DNA from: Paramoeba atlantica
Lineage: Eukaryota > Protista > Discosea
Direction of reading: 5' to 3'
Assembly (NCBI GenBank): GCA_977017575.1
Contig: CDRNVI010000029.1
Coordinates: forward strand, 806,001-870,000
Length of the DNA stretch: 64,000 bases
The notes under the pieces are model-generated. The model made no database searches and had not been told where the DNA came from. It was given only the letters and a program-made list of their open reading frames with translations. Both the position numbers and the translations under genes were made by a program. Positions 42,882 through 52,959 of this stretch are shown in pieces (positions within the stretch are counted from its first letter, which is position 1; each line of letters begins with the position of its first letter).

Positions 42882-43195
42882 TTAATAGAAATGTTCAGTG
42901 TTAAAGAAATGCATCATACGCGTAAATTCATTGGCCAATATTTATTGCCCAAGCAAAAATTATCTTTCTTTTTTAAGCTTAATGTAAAAAGATAAATGTT
43001 TAAAAAATAGTATTCTCCTACATACTGTACAGATGTATGACAGAAAGAACTTTTGTTACATTCGATTGCAAAAGAAAAAAAGTGGACAATTTAAAAAAAG
43101 TGTACAATTTACTTACCGTCACAAGATTGGTTTTCGTGGAAAGGTTAGCTAGCAACAATCTTTGAAGCATTGCGGAATGAAATATTATGTTTCGT

Positions 43196-43894
43196 TCACC
43201 CTACCAATCCTCTGTGCCTTCCATTTATTTGAAGCTTTTTATTGTTCGCCAATACGAGCACAAGGACGCGTTCTGATACGTTGCTAACATCAACCTCACC
43301 CTCAAGGCGGTTGTCATTTAGATTGAGCTCCTGTAATAACACAGGCAAACTGCTTAAAAAAATCTCTCCGCTGAACCGGTTTTCGTTTAGATGCAACCAT
43401 TTTAGACGAGAGGGCAAGTGGGTCAGGTCGAGGCTACCGGTGAAGTCATTTTTCCCCAAGAAAACTTCAGTGAGACTGCGAGGAAAGGTAGGTAAGGGTA
43501 CTTGTCCAGTGAAATGGTTGTCACTAAGGTAGAGTTCTATTAGATTTTTCGGCAAAGAAGAAAAACGAACTTCTCCTTGCAAATCGTTGCTATGCAGATA
43601 AAGTGCTGTGAGTGTTTGCGGAATATACTCCCAGCTTATATTACCCTTCAGTCCTTGACGAGCCCAGTGGAGGCGATGCAATTCTGTGTATGCCGTGTCA
43701 AATGCTACTCCACTCCAAAACGTGCATGGTACACCTTCTTTCCAGCTTACATGAAGGGGGTGCACATTCTGAAGTAGGCGCAGCAACAAAATTTCTGGAG
43801 GAAGCACGAGACCGCGTACTTTTCCGCAGCGAACAGGCGTCATCGCGTCAGCATGCGATACACACGAGAGAGAGTATCGTGATGAATGTAGCAT
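43196..43894 (-). CDS. Short LRR protein, paralogue 2
   Basis: CTFWSGVAFD; LKGNISWEYIPQTL; FTGSLDLTHLPSRL; FSGEIFLSSLPVLL. Confidence 0.88.
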   Translation of the reverse strand: MLHSSRYSLSCVSHADAMTPVRCGKVRGLVLPPEILLLRLLQNVHPLHVSWKEGVPCTFWSGVAFDTAYTELHRLHWARQGLKGNISWEYIPQTLTALYLHSNDLQGEVRFSSLPKNLIELYLSDNHFTGQVPLPTFPRSLTEVFLGKNDFTGSLDLTHLPSRLKWLHLNENRFSGEIFLSSLPVLLQELNLNDNRLEGEVDVSNVSERVLVLVLANNKKLQINGRHRGLVG

Positions 43895-44256
43895 GAAAGT
43901 TTAAAAAAGCTGGAAATAATAAAAGATAAAGCTGAATAAATCTAATAAAAACAAAGAAATTCAGTGTTTTTGATAAACACAGACCGAGAATTGTACAAAA
44001 AAGAGAAGCAAAGTGGACAATAAAAACGAAGAGAGTGATCCCTTATTAGCTTTATATCTTAATGTGCACGATTCACGTATAAATACACGTGAGGAATTTT
44101 GGGCCCTCATATTGGGCCTCACCCGCAGCCTCTCACGTATTTATACTGTTACAGTATAAATACAGTCTGTATACATTCTGTATATCCGATCCTGGGTAAA
44201 TAGAACAAAATAAACCAAATGAAAACACTGGTCCCAGTATCGTGAAGTGTCAGACT

Positions 44257-45336
44257 TCACCGCTGCAAACTCCTTTGAGGTCTGCCTTTATTCAAAACAT
44301 CAAGCAACTGGCACGCTCTACACAGTCTTTGTGATGTCATGTAGCTACATCTCTCACATTTGCCAATGTCTGACGACCTCCAATCACCCACATTTATTTC
44401 TCCTTTTCTCATGCATTGTCCGTGAAGTTCAATATTAGGCGAAGTTCTCGTGCTACTTTCTGTAATAGTATCTCGATTCTCAGGATCTTTTCGTTCAAAC
44501 GATTCCCCACTCTGCACAATACGGAGCACGGACCTACTGTCGACGGATTCCAATTCCTTTAAAAAGTTTCGAACATATCCTCTGAATGCTTCCTTTGCGT
44601 AAGTACATTCGGTAGAGAAATAATCCAGCTTGCGGTGGCGCGCGTAGAGCACAATTTCTTTTTCGTAAGCATATTTCAAAGGTTTAACTCGAGGAAGCGT
44701 AAATCCAGCTTTCTCACCTGTGTTGGTAGAAATTGAGGTGCAACGAACAAGACGCGCGCTATCACCTCTTAAAAGATTCATTAGAATAGTCTCGGCCAAA
44801 TCATCTAAATTATGGCCCGTTGCTATCTTGTCTACGTGAAGTTGTATCGCACCGCGATCCAATGCTTGTCGACGAAAAACGCCGCAAAAAGTACAGTTCG
44901 ATTTTGTCCCTATATGGGACACAATTTCGTCCATCGACCACCCATACAATTCTCTATAGCTTAGCACGTGAAGAGGCAAATTGTACTCCATCATATTCCT
45001 CTGAACTGTACGAAGAGAATCATCTCGGTAACCACGAATGCCTTCATCAATACTCAACAAAACAAGCTCTAAACCATAATGGTGAGTACGATTTAGGCGA
45101 AACAATACATCAAGAAGGACGGTGCTATCTTTTCCACCACTCGCACCAATGGCAACTCGTTCACCCGAGTTAAATAATTGATATTTCGTAATAGTGCCGT
45201 GGACTTCCATCTCAAAAATTTGCAAAAAGCAAGAACGACACAACAGAGCGCCATTTTTAGGGCGCCGCAATACAGGTGCTGATTCCCTGCAGTGCTCACA
45301 GATTGGTCCGATCGATGCGCTTGAATATGGTGGCAT
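44257..45336 (-). CDS. CTU1: Cytoplasmic tRNA 2-thiolation protein 1 (Ncs6)
   Basis: CEHC..CRSCF; PP-loop ASGGKDS; [17 protein letters not shown]; [11 protein letters not shown]; ECTYA; CERC..CRAC. Confidence 0.97.
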   Translation of the reverse strand: MPPYSSASIGPICEHCRESAPVLRRPKNGALLCRSCFLQIFEMEVHGTITKYQLFNSGERVAIGASGGKDSTVLLDVLFRLNRTHHYGLELVLLSIDEGIRGYRDDSLRTVQRNMMEYNLPLHVLSYRELYGWSMDEIVSHIGTKSNCTFCGVFRRQALDRGAIQLHVDKIATGHNLDDLAETILMNLLRGDSARLVRCTSISTNTGEKAGFTLPRVKPLKYAYEKEIVLYARHRKLDYFSTECTYAKEAFRGYVRNFLKELESVDSRSVLRIVQSGESFERKDPENRDTITESSTRTSPNIELHGQCMRKGEINVGDWRSSDIGKCERCSYMTSQRLCRACQLLDVLNKGRPQRSLQR

Positions 45337-45759
45337 CTAGCGATGTTGCGTCAGATGTTTCATGTCGTTTAATACTATAAAGAGGCCGCTACAACCAACC
45401 AAAAAAATGAAGCAATTTTGTTTTGTACAGAGTGTGTAAGTAGGTGGTGCATTGATGTGTAAATGCATGTAGACACCTGTAAGAACCTGTACGGTATCCA
45501 GATATACATGAATGTTGGGTTTCGTCAAGATTTTACAAAATTTAGGTTGGATCTTTGCGTGATAAACCAATTTTTAGTAGTGAAACGCAGAGTATAAGAA
45601 GGCATATAATAAAGAAATATTGCGCTTAATCAACCATGTCCTCCTGCGATCTACAGTGAGCTACGTTCTGACATCACATTCTAGACTTTATAAATAACAT
45701 TGCTTGGTACATTCAGAAGAACATCATTTTTAATATTCATTCCAAAACCGTTCAATTAT

Positions 45760-46593
45760 TCACCAAACGTCGGTCTCTTTTCTCATTTGTTCCAAAGCAT
45801 TGCCGGGATGATGAGGTGGAAACCGAGGGATTTCTACATCATCTGCTTCCTGATGATCAATGTTCACATTCGAGAAAATCGTCCCCGTAGTTCTTAGAAT
45901 CCGGTTCCCACTGAGTCGTATCGCAGTATCACATGTTTCGGGAGAAAGAATTACCGTGTCAAAGTAGTTGTCGCGAAGACTGAGATGAGTTAGACGACTC
46001 GGCAACTTCGTCAGATCGATAAGGCCTTTTAGAGCATTACCTGTCAGATTGATCCGCTGTACATTCGGAGGAAGATGCGTCAGGTCAGCGTGGCCGGTGA
46101 ACAAATTTCGCCACGCAAGTAACGAAACAAGCTTTGGAGGAAGTGACGTTAGGTTAATTTCACCAGAAAATTTGTTGACAAAAATCTGAAGCGTCAGCAA
46201 TCCTTGGGGAAGAGCATCAAAAGAGCAAGATCCTTGCAGGGTACGATGATTCTCCAAATAGATATCCACCACTGACTCGGGTACGTAACCCCATGAAAGA
46301 TTGCCACGCAGAGCTGCATGCTTTAATTCGAAACAAAGAGCAGAGTAGTCCCAGATTAACCGCGCCACACGCTGTTCTGAATCACAATACACTCCGAACC
46401 ACTGACAAGGGGAAACCGGTTGAGCTCCCCACAACCAATGTGACTTTGACAGCACCCATGAGGAATGCTTGTTCTCAATATGCTCAACAAGTCTCGTTAT
46501 TAAGTCCTCTTGAGGAAGCGTGACGCGACTCACTCGATGAGGCCTTGCTTGCACATCAGCAAAGGAAAAAGCCAAAATACGATCAGGTATCAT
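45760..46593 (-). CDS. Short LRR protein, paralogue 3
   Basis: CQWFGVYCDSEQRV; LRGNLSWGYVPESV; FSGEINLTSLPPKL; FTGHADLTHLPPNV. Confidence 0.88.
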   Translation of the reverse strand: MIPDRILAFSFADVQARPHRVSRVTLPQEDLITRLVEHIENKHSSWVLSKSHWLWGAQPVSPCQWFGVYCDSEQRVARLIWDYSALCFELKHAALRGNLSWGYVPESVVDIYLENHRTLQGSCSFDALPQGLLTLQIFVNKFSGEINLTSLPPKLVSLLAWRNLFTGHADLTHLPPNVQRINLTGNALKGLIDLTKLPSRLTHLSLRDNYFDTVILSPETCDTAIRLSGNRILRTTGTIFSNVNIDHQEADDVEIPRFPPHHPGNALEQMRKETDVW

Positions 46594-47256
46594 TCGAATG
46601 TTGCAGACAATGTAGAAAAAAAATACGTACTCCTGTTCTGAAGGCTTTTGTCGTCCGTAGTGCCTTCTTCCAAAAATCGAAATTAATTTTCAAAAATATA
46701 TTCAAATCAAGAAACGAAATATTATACGTGCACAGGTATTGAAATACATATCTAATTTCTACAGGTCGTTGGTAAGTACCACGTCGTTCGTATGGTTCTG
46801 CATCTAATTTCAAGGTAAAGAGTTTACAAGTACATGTAAAGAATATGCAGGCGGACATATCATGTAGATGTCGCTATCGCGGAAATAATTAGATCCATGA
46901 GATACAACCCCTCAAAACGTCCGAAATGCTAGGCGCAAAATGATGGCCGCAAAAGTGTGTTGTGTCATCTCGAAATTGAGTTTCGAAAATGGTACAGAAT
47001 TGGTTTCGAAAGTAGGTACTATACCTATTTGAGTTATGCAGTTAATTTTCGAATATGTAGATTCGAACTGTATCCTGCCGAGAAAGAACACGAAGGAAAG
47101 CAAAAATGTAGAGCGCTTTTAAAGAGTTCCACCTTTAATAATCGGTTAGGACCACATTGAAATGTGACACCTCTTGATTCTCCATCCTAACAGTTACTTT
47201 AATAGTATAAGGCAACGAAAGACGTGAAAAAATAATGCCTGATAGAAAAACGTCAC

Positions 47257-48765
47257 CTACGAAAATCTCCGATGTGACCGCATGATTGTTTGAATATGGT
47301 TTGCATTTTCCTCCTGAATAAGAGCATAGGGGTTAGTCTCCTTTTCCGCCACCCTTCGACTTTCAATGCTACAATACTCCATCACACACGCATAGGGGGA
47401 CAACAACAGCTGGTAATCCAGCACAATCGGGGTCGCAAAAAAGGCAAAGAAAATAACCAGCGCCACGACGGTGGCCACAGAAAACACGGCCGTGCCTACC
47501 CAGTACGCCGCAGCGAGGTAGGAGGTCGTGTTTAACACGTGGTTGGTCCCGAAACACCGTTTCAGTAGACTCAGCGTCTGGGACAGGGTAAACACCGCCA
47601 CCACGGGCAGGACCAGCAGCAGGGTGTAGCTCATGGTCGTGCTCACCAGGTAGTGCAGCCCGGTGGCGCGGGGGAGTACAAACCCACACGCGGCCATCTC
47701 CCCAAACAGTAGGGCCCCGGAGAGCAGGGCGCGTCGGGAGTACCCGCGGGGGAGCCGCCGGGCGTTTCGCTGTAACGTCTTACGTAAGGCTTTGTGTACT
47801 GTCCGGGGGGTTGAGCCAATGGGTTGTGACACGGCAATGTTGGTTTTGTTATTGTTGTTAGGTTGCGAGCTGCTGGGAGGTTGTGCTAACCTCTCACTGG
47901 TCCACAGGACCGTGGCACTGGACTCCTCCCCGGGGGCGGAGAGCAACCCCTCATGAGGGGAGAGGGCTCCGAGCTCCGAGGGGGAGGCACGGAGGTAGGT
48001 GTGGGTGAGGGCGGTGTAGAGCCGTTCTCGGGGGAGGTACCAGTTGTATCGAAGGTTGCCACAGGCAATGCCAAGGAACAGGTAGCACAGCAGACGGAGT
48101 TTGAAATAGGGAATCGCGTGGGGGAGATCACCGCCTAGAGCCCAGCCGAGAAGGAAGGCGACAACGTAGTACAGCTCGCGGGCAGTGTCGGGCATGAATC
48201 CCTCGTGGAAGAACATGACGGCAACCCAGAAGGCGAGGAAGTAGGAAATGAGAAGTGGACGACTAGTCCATGTTGGGGCCACCTCGGCCGGCGTGGACAG
48301 GTTTGTAGAATGCGAGGAAGACCGGAACAGGGCCTTCCATGTAGATAGGGCGGACGATAGAGATTCCCAGGAAAAGTGATCGGAAAATAGAACCGTTTCC
48401 CCTATCGGAAAGACATTCGACTGATTACCCCATTTTATCTTTTGGTGCATTCCCCGCACGTGAGGTTCTGTAACCATTTTTCTTTCATGTTTTGATGAAT
48501 TGTTCCGGTCTTTTGACGACGACGTACTTCCAATAGAAGGGCCGCTTTTCGTGGGATACGGTTCTTCATACTGTAGTAAGGACAGGGTGAATATAGGAAT
48601 CCATACCAACAAGCCCCATTTTACACGGCTAAGGGTTTCATTCCAAGTAAGGGGAGGGATACGGTGTGAACGTGGAGTGCGTGGGGTACGAGGACTTGAC
48701 CGAGGTGTATGCTTTCCATGTCGACGAGAGGATAGACGACCTGCATGAGCTTCACTGTCATCCAT
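47257..48765 (-). CDS. Hypothetical multi-pass membrane protein (502 aa)
   Basis: Long ORF on the coding strand with several hydrophobic segments; no family recognised. Confidence 0.7.
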   Translation of the reverse strand: MDDSEAHAGRLSSRRHGKHTPRSSPRTPRTPRSHRIPPLTWNETLSRVKWGLLVWIPIFTLSLLQYEEPYPTKSGPSIGSTSSSKDRNNSSKHERKMVTEPHVRGMHQKIKWGNQSNVFPIGETVLFSDHFSWESLSSALSTWKALFRSSSHSTNLSTPAEVAPTWTSRPLLISYFLAFWVAVMFFHEGFMPDTARELYYVVAFLLGWALGGDLPHAIPYFKLRLLCYLFLGIACGNLRYNWYLPRERLYTALTHTYLRASPSELGALSPHEGLLSAPGEESSATVLWTSERLAQPPSSSQPNNNNKTNIAVSQPIGSTPRTVHKALRKTLQRNARRLPRGYSRRALLSGALLFGEMAACGFVLPRATGLHYLVSTTMSYTLLLVLPVVAVFTLSQTLSLLKRCFGTNHVLNTTSYLAAAYWVGTAVFSVATVVALVIFFAFFATPIVLDYQLLLSPYACVMEYCSIESRRVAEKETNPYALIQEENANHIQTIMRSHRRFS

Positions 48766-49003
48766 TGTACCAGATTTCCATTCAATAATTTAGGAAAACT
48801 CGGAACTAATGTTTAAAATATTATGGTAGTTAAAATACGTAGTCACTGGACGTGATATGGTGGAGCGCTCTATGAACGCGTTGAACACCATGGATTTATG
48901 CTACAAGGCATTTGATCTTGTAACTAATTTAATCTTTATAAGTTGAACGGAGAATATAATGTATGTACACGTGATTCATAGCTTTGCACGCGTCTCGAAA
49001 CTT

Positions 49004-51046
49004 CTAATCACGCTCCATTTCCAATGAAAGACCAAGTTCATCCTCTAAGAAATTATACTGAAAAGTAAACCCCTGTTTTACGCGTTGTTCCCACCCATTC
49101 TCGTAATCAAAGTACAAGTAATTCCCTTGCTCACAATCCTCATTCACTGTGGTTGGTTTATTGTGACGTTGAAACCATGTCAAAAACTTTTTATGGTAGC
49201 GCCAACTCTGCCTTTTAAGCTCTCGAGCCGCAAGAAATTGCTGATACGTTGCCTGCTGGTAGTAAAAAATAAAGAAAAGGGTATCCGTGTCAAATTTTGA
49301 AAAAATGTCCGGAGAGCGAAACGCAGAATGCGGCTCTTGAGGATACCAGGACATGGTGGCATAGGGATTTGGTGGGACGTATGGCTTTCGACGTTCCGCA
49401 TCAAATGGCTGTGGCAGTTGTGCGGCGGACATAGAGAACATTCGCAATGCTTGTTCCGCAGACCACGTCGGGGTATCGGAGAGAGGCAAGGACTCCACAA
49501 TAGTCTCATCGGTGCTGTGGGGGGTGGCAGGGCTCATGGCGACGGGTCGAGGCCCTTGCGGGGCAAAGCCTTGTGGGGCAGAGGGCAAGGAGATGTCCTC
49601 AAGGGTGCCGCCCGCGGCAGAACCCAGCGTAATTCGCTCTCCTGTGCCAAGCCGTAGAGTCTTCCCCTCAGAAAGAGGAGTTGGGCGCTCCGCGCCTTTT
49701 CGAGTGCCAAAAGAAGTGGCTCCCTGACGGGTATCTTTCTCCGTGGTCCCGCCGCTCGAAAAGGTTTGAATGGGACTCGCCACTTTCTGTGTCGCAGTAG
49801 CTGTAGCAGGTACTTTGCCGGGAACTCCGTGAGTCGCAGTCCGACCCTTTGTGGTTTCATGAGGTGCCGAGGCCGTGGTCTCGACTGCACTCCCGCCTAC
49901 GCTGCTTGATCCTCCGTTAGGGTGTCCCATCACTACGGGCGCGGTACTCACGGGCGTGAGCGTCTTCACCACCGCCGGTTGAATTGCGGGAGCCTGCCCC
50001 CCGGTGCGAGGCGACGGTCCTTTCACCATGCCCGCACTCGGAGCATTTGCGTGAGTCTTGTCTTGCATGATCCCTTTTCGGGCTCCACCCACTTCCTCCG
50101 TACGTGCATCTGAAAGTGGTTTACCACTTGTGGTACGTGGCCGATCGCTTTTTTTCGGACTGAGATCCGCCGTCTTGGTCGTCTTTCCTGATAACACAGA
50201 TGTGGAGGATTTACCCTCCTCTTCCACTTTCGCGGGGATTTCCTCCGTGGTGACACTGACTGAGGGCTCCCTGGTCCCGAGAGTGACCCCTGCTGTTTGG
50301 GGTGTACTCGGATGGAGTAACCCAATCGGCGTGTCCAGCACGGGGAGGTCGAGGCTCTCATAGGTGTGATCGTCCTCTTCCTCATCCACCACCCCTTTCT
50401 CCTCTATGTAGTACTCGACCGTGTCCTGGGTCTCATCGACATCCGCCGGGACCAACTCGTCGTTGTCCATCATGCGCAAGATTTGCTCCAGGGTCGCAAT
50501 GTGCCATTTATGTCGAGTGCTGCGCTGAGTAGCAGCTTCGTGGGCATCGCCGGAGTGTCGGGAGGAGGTAGATTTCTTTCGACCCCCGCGGGGTTGCGAC
50601 TCGGTGGTTTCCACCTCCAGCTCACACTCGTCCACAAGCTCTTGAAGAGACTGTAGGGACGTGTTGATCCACGAAATGGTGTGGTGTTTGGCGACTTCAG
50701 CAGGATCAGTCTTAATGGGGAGGGCGAGGCCCTCCTTGCTGTATGCCTTCGTCTTGGTTTCTTTCTCCACAACTTTAAAGGCCTCCATCTTGCCCTCGAT
50801 GATCTTGCGCGACTCGTTTAAGGAGGTTTTGTCTTTTATTTCAGGAGTACTTTGCCAGTTTTTAATCTGCTCTCTAAGACGCTGGAGCTTTTTGATTTCT
50901 TTTTTTAAGTCGGACTCATGTCTCTCCTTTTGCACTTGGGTTGGGGCAGAGTGTACTTTGTCCCACAAGGCATCAAAAATTTCAATACCTTCCTGCACCT
51001 TCTTTAGTGTTCGTTCGATTTCAGATTGTATTTTGCGACTGGTCAT
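49004..51046 (-). CDS. CNOT3: CCR4-NOT subunit NOT3/NOT5
   Basis: RKIQSEIERTLKKVQEG..KKEIKKLQRLREQIKNW..MEAFKVVEKETKTKAYSKEGL; NOT box DTLFFIFYYQQATYQQFLAARELKRQSWRYHKK. Confidence 0.97.
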   Translation of the reverse strand: MTSRKIQSEIERTLKKVQEGIEIFDALWDKVHSAPTQVQKERHESDLKKEIKKLQRLREQIKNWQSTPEIKDKTSLNESRKIIEGKMEAFKVVEKETKTKAYSKEGLALPIKTDPAEVAKHHTISWINTSLQSLQELVDECELEVETTESQPRGGRKKSTSSRHSGDAHEAATQRSTRHKWHIATLEQILRMMDNDELVPADVDETQDTVEYYIEEKGVVDEEEDDHTYESLDLPVLDTPIGLLHPSTPQTAGVTLGTREPSVSVTTEEIPAKVEEEGKSSTSVLSGKTTKTADLSPKKSDRPRTTSGKPLSDARTEEVGGARKGIMQDKTHANAPSAGMVKGPSPRTGGQAPAIQPAVVKTLTPVSTAPVVMGHPNGGSSSVGGSAVETTASAPHETTKGRTATHGVPGKVPATATATQKVASPIQTFSSGGTTEKDTRQGATSFGTRKGAERPTPLSEGKTLRLGTGERITLGSAAGGTLEDISLPSAPQGFAPQGPRPVAMSPATPHSTDETIVESLPLSDTPTWSAEQALRMFSMSAAQLPQPFDAERRKPYVPPNPYATMSWYPQEPHSAFRSPDIFSKFDTDTLFFIFYYQQATYQQFLAARELKRQSWRYHKKFLTWFQRHNKPTTVNEDCEQGNYLYFDYENGWEQRVKQGFTFQYNFLEDELGLSLEMERD

Positions 51047-51301
51047 GGTTGATAAGTTGATATAAGCCTGTTTACTACACTACAGTACTGTGATTTACGA
51101 ACTTGTTCCAGTAAACATGAATAGGCAAATAAGATGTACGTTCTTTTGGTTCACAATATCTGCTATTTATCTGATTTATATCTAATTTATCTATAGGTCC
51201 TAAATTTATGTAATTGTTTTGAAGGCTTTTGCTTATTCGGTCAAATAATCTATCACCCGGCCGCGTCAGAAATACTGAAGGGACGTATAACTGACCGTGT
51301 T

Positions 51302-52363
51302 TTATAGGCCTAGTGCTTGTTCATACTCATAGGTTAGCTGAGCACAACATCGAGCCGCTGAAAGCGTATCTGGTGCGATGCGAACCCGTTTTAAGCCCAC
51401 ACCATGAGCTTTTGCTTCTTTATCCCATAATTCGTCATCGATTTTACCCTCATGTGAAAAACCTCCTATTATGAACACAGGGGCAATAGGTACATTTTCA
51501 TATAGGCTAGACGAAGTTTCTACCTCCTTTCGGTTCTTCTTTGTTACATTCTCTGAAGTAATTTCGTTTTCGTCTGTAGCTCCAGCTGTTTCTGGATTAT
51601 TGAAGTTGTCGTCCTGTTTTACTTTTTCTGTACTCAGTGACCAAGGATCTATGGGAGCATGGAGACGAGCAAGTTTACGAAGAGAAGAAACTGGATGCTC
51701 TGCAGATGTTGAAAAAATGTATATCGAAGGTGCTGGATTGCTAATTTGTACAGAACTGTAGGATTCTGTTGCGAGTCTATGACTATCAACCAAAGTAAGT
51801 GGCACGTGCTGAAGCAATGATCCCTTCATAGTTCGCAGTACAGATATCGGGATACTTTTTTTGGCAAAGTCTGATGCGGCAGAGAGTCCATTCTGCTGAC
51901 CATGAGCGCTCGCTCGTACTTTGTACTCCAGTAAAACCCCAGTGATCATTTCACAAAATTCCTCTATTTTTAGTGGACAACGAAGTCGAGGATCGACCCT
52001 AATTAGTATTCCGCGTATAGTGCGAAGATAAACCTCCATATGGCCGCTGAGGCTTAGTGCACTGTCTAGGAGCTGCAAGAGACTTTGTAAAATCACGTCG
52101 GGGCGATATTTTCGAATCTCTGAATCTTTTAATACCCGACGAATATAGGAACGGTGAGATGCGTGCCTAGAGTCTAAGAGGGTGGGAAGCGCCTCCTTGC
52201 TCCCAAATTTCTTTGTCTTTAATTTCGCAGATCGATCGGCATCCTTATGACCTTGTAAAGGCTTTACCGTAGCTACATCCAGTGCGCACCCATCTAACAA
52301 AACAACAACGCGTGACCAGTGATGATTCTCAGAGAGGTTACGTGGAACTCGAGGAGTTTGCAT
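51302..52363 (-). CDS. EMG1: 18S rRNA pseudouridine N1-methyltransferase (SPOUT)
   Basis: VVVLLDGCAL; YRPDVILQSLLQLLDS; VYLRT..LIRVDPRLRCP; FIIGGFSHG-like FIIGGFSHEG; LSAARCCAQLTYEYE. Confidence 0.88.
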   Translation of the reverse strand: MQTPRVPRNLSENHHWSRVVVLLDGCALDVATVKPLQGHKDADRSAKLKTKKFGSKEALPTLLDSRHASHRSYIRRVLKDSEIRKYRPDVILQSLLQLLDSALSLSGHMEVYLRTIRGILIRVDPRLRCPLKIEEFCEMITGVLLEYKVRASAHGQQNGLSAASDFAKKSIPISVLRTMKGSLLQHVPLTLVDSHRLATESYSSVQISNPAPSIYIFSTSAEHPVSSLRKLARLHAPIDPWSLSTEKVKQDDNFNNPETAGATDENEITSENVTKKNRKEVETSSSLYENVPIAPVFIIGGFSHEGKIDDELWDKEAKAHGVGLKRVRIAPDTLSAARCCAQLTYEYEQALGL

Positions 52364-52544
52364 TCGTATTTAGCTAAGGAGGTAGTGTCAAAAATATGCG
52401 AGCGAACTATTACTGTAGTAGTACTTAAAAATGTATGAAATGCAGCGTATAGAAATCCAGCTGTCACAATGCATGATATGTTAAGAATCATAATGCTCAA
52501 GAATGAATAATGCTCAAGAAATTGAATTGAAAAAATATCGTTAA

Positions 52545-52601
52545 TACAAAGCGACTACTGGTACAAACAGCGACTACTGGTACAAACAGCGACTACTTGT
52601 A
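52545..52601. repeat. Intergenic tandem repeat, about 19 bp x3
   Basis: tacaaa(ca)gcgactactgg repeated three times. Confidence 0.85.
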
Positions 52602-52959
52602 TTGTACATAAACATCTTTTTTCAGTGGATGACGCTCAGTTAAAAACTTATTCTTCGCTCCATGTAGTCTTTGTACGTCGTATTGACGTAGTTGTACTGT
52701 TCAAGACATGACTCATATGTAAATCTCGAAGTATTGCATTCAGGTCACCGAACGTACGTCAGAATGATATGAAACCGAAAATTATAGCCCGAATACAGTT
52801 TACCTTCACCTACTCTAACTATCAATATAACCTCTTTTCCACACATAAAATATCATGTCACTGGTATGCTTAGAAGTATTTTTGGATTATTTCGGTTACT
52901 CCAAGCACGGCTCACACGACTATGTACTGAAATAGACTACATACTAACATGACAACGTA

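Noticed and set aside
52484-52601. CRISPR-like array
   Set aside because: Simple adjacent tandem repeats without unique spacers, in a eukaryotic context.
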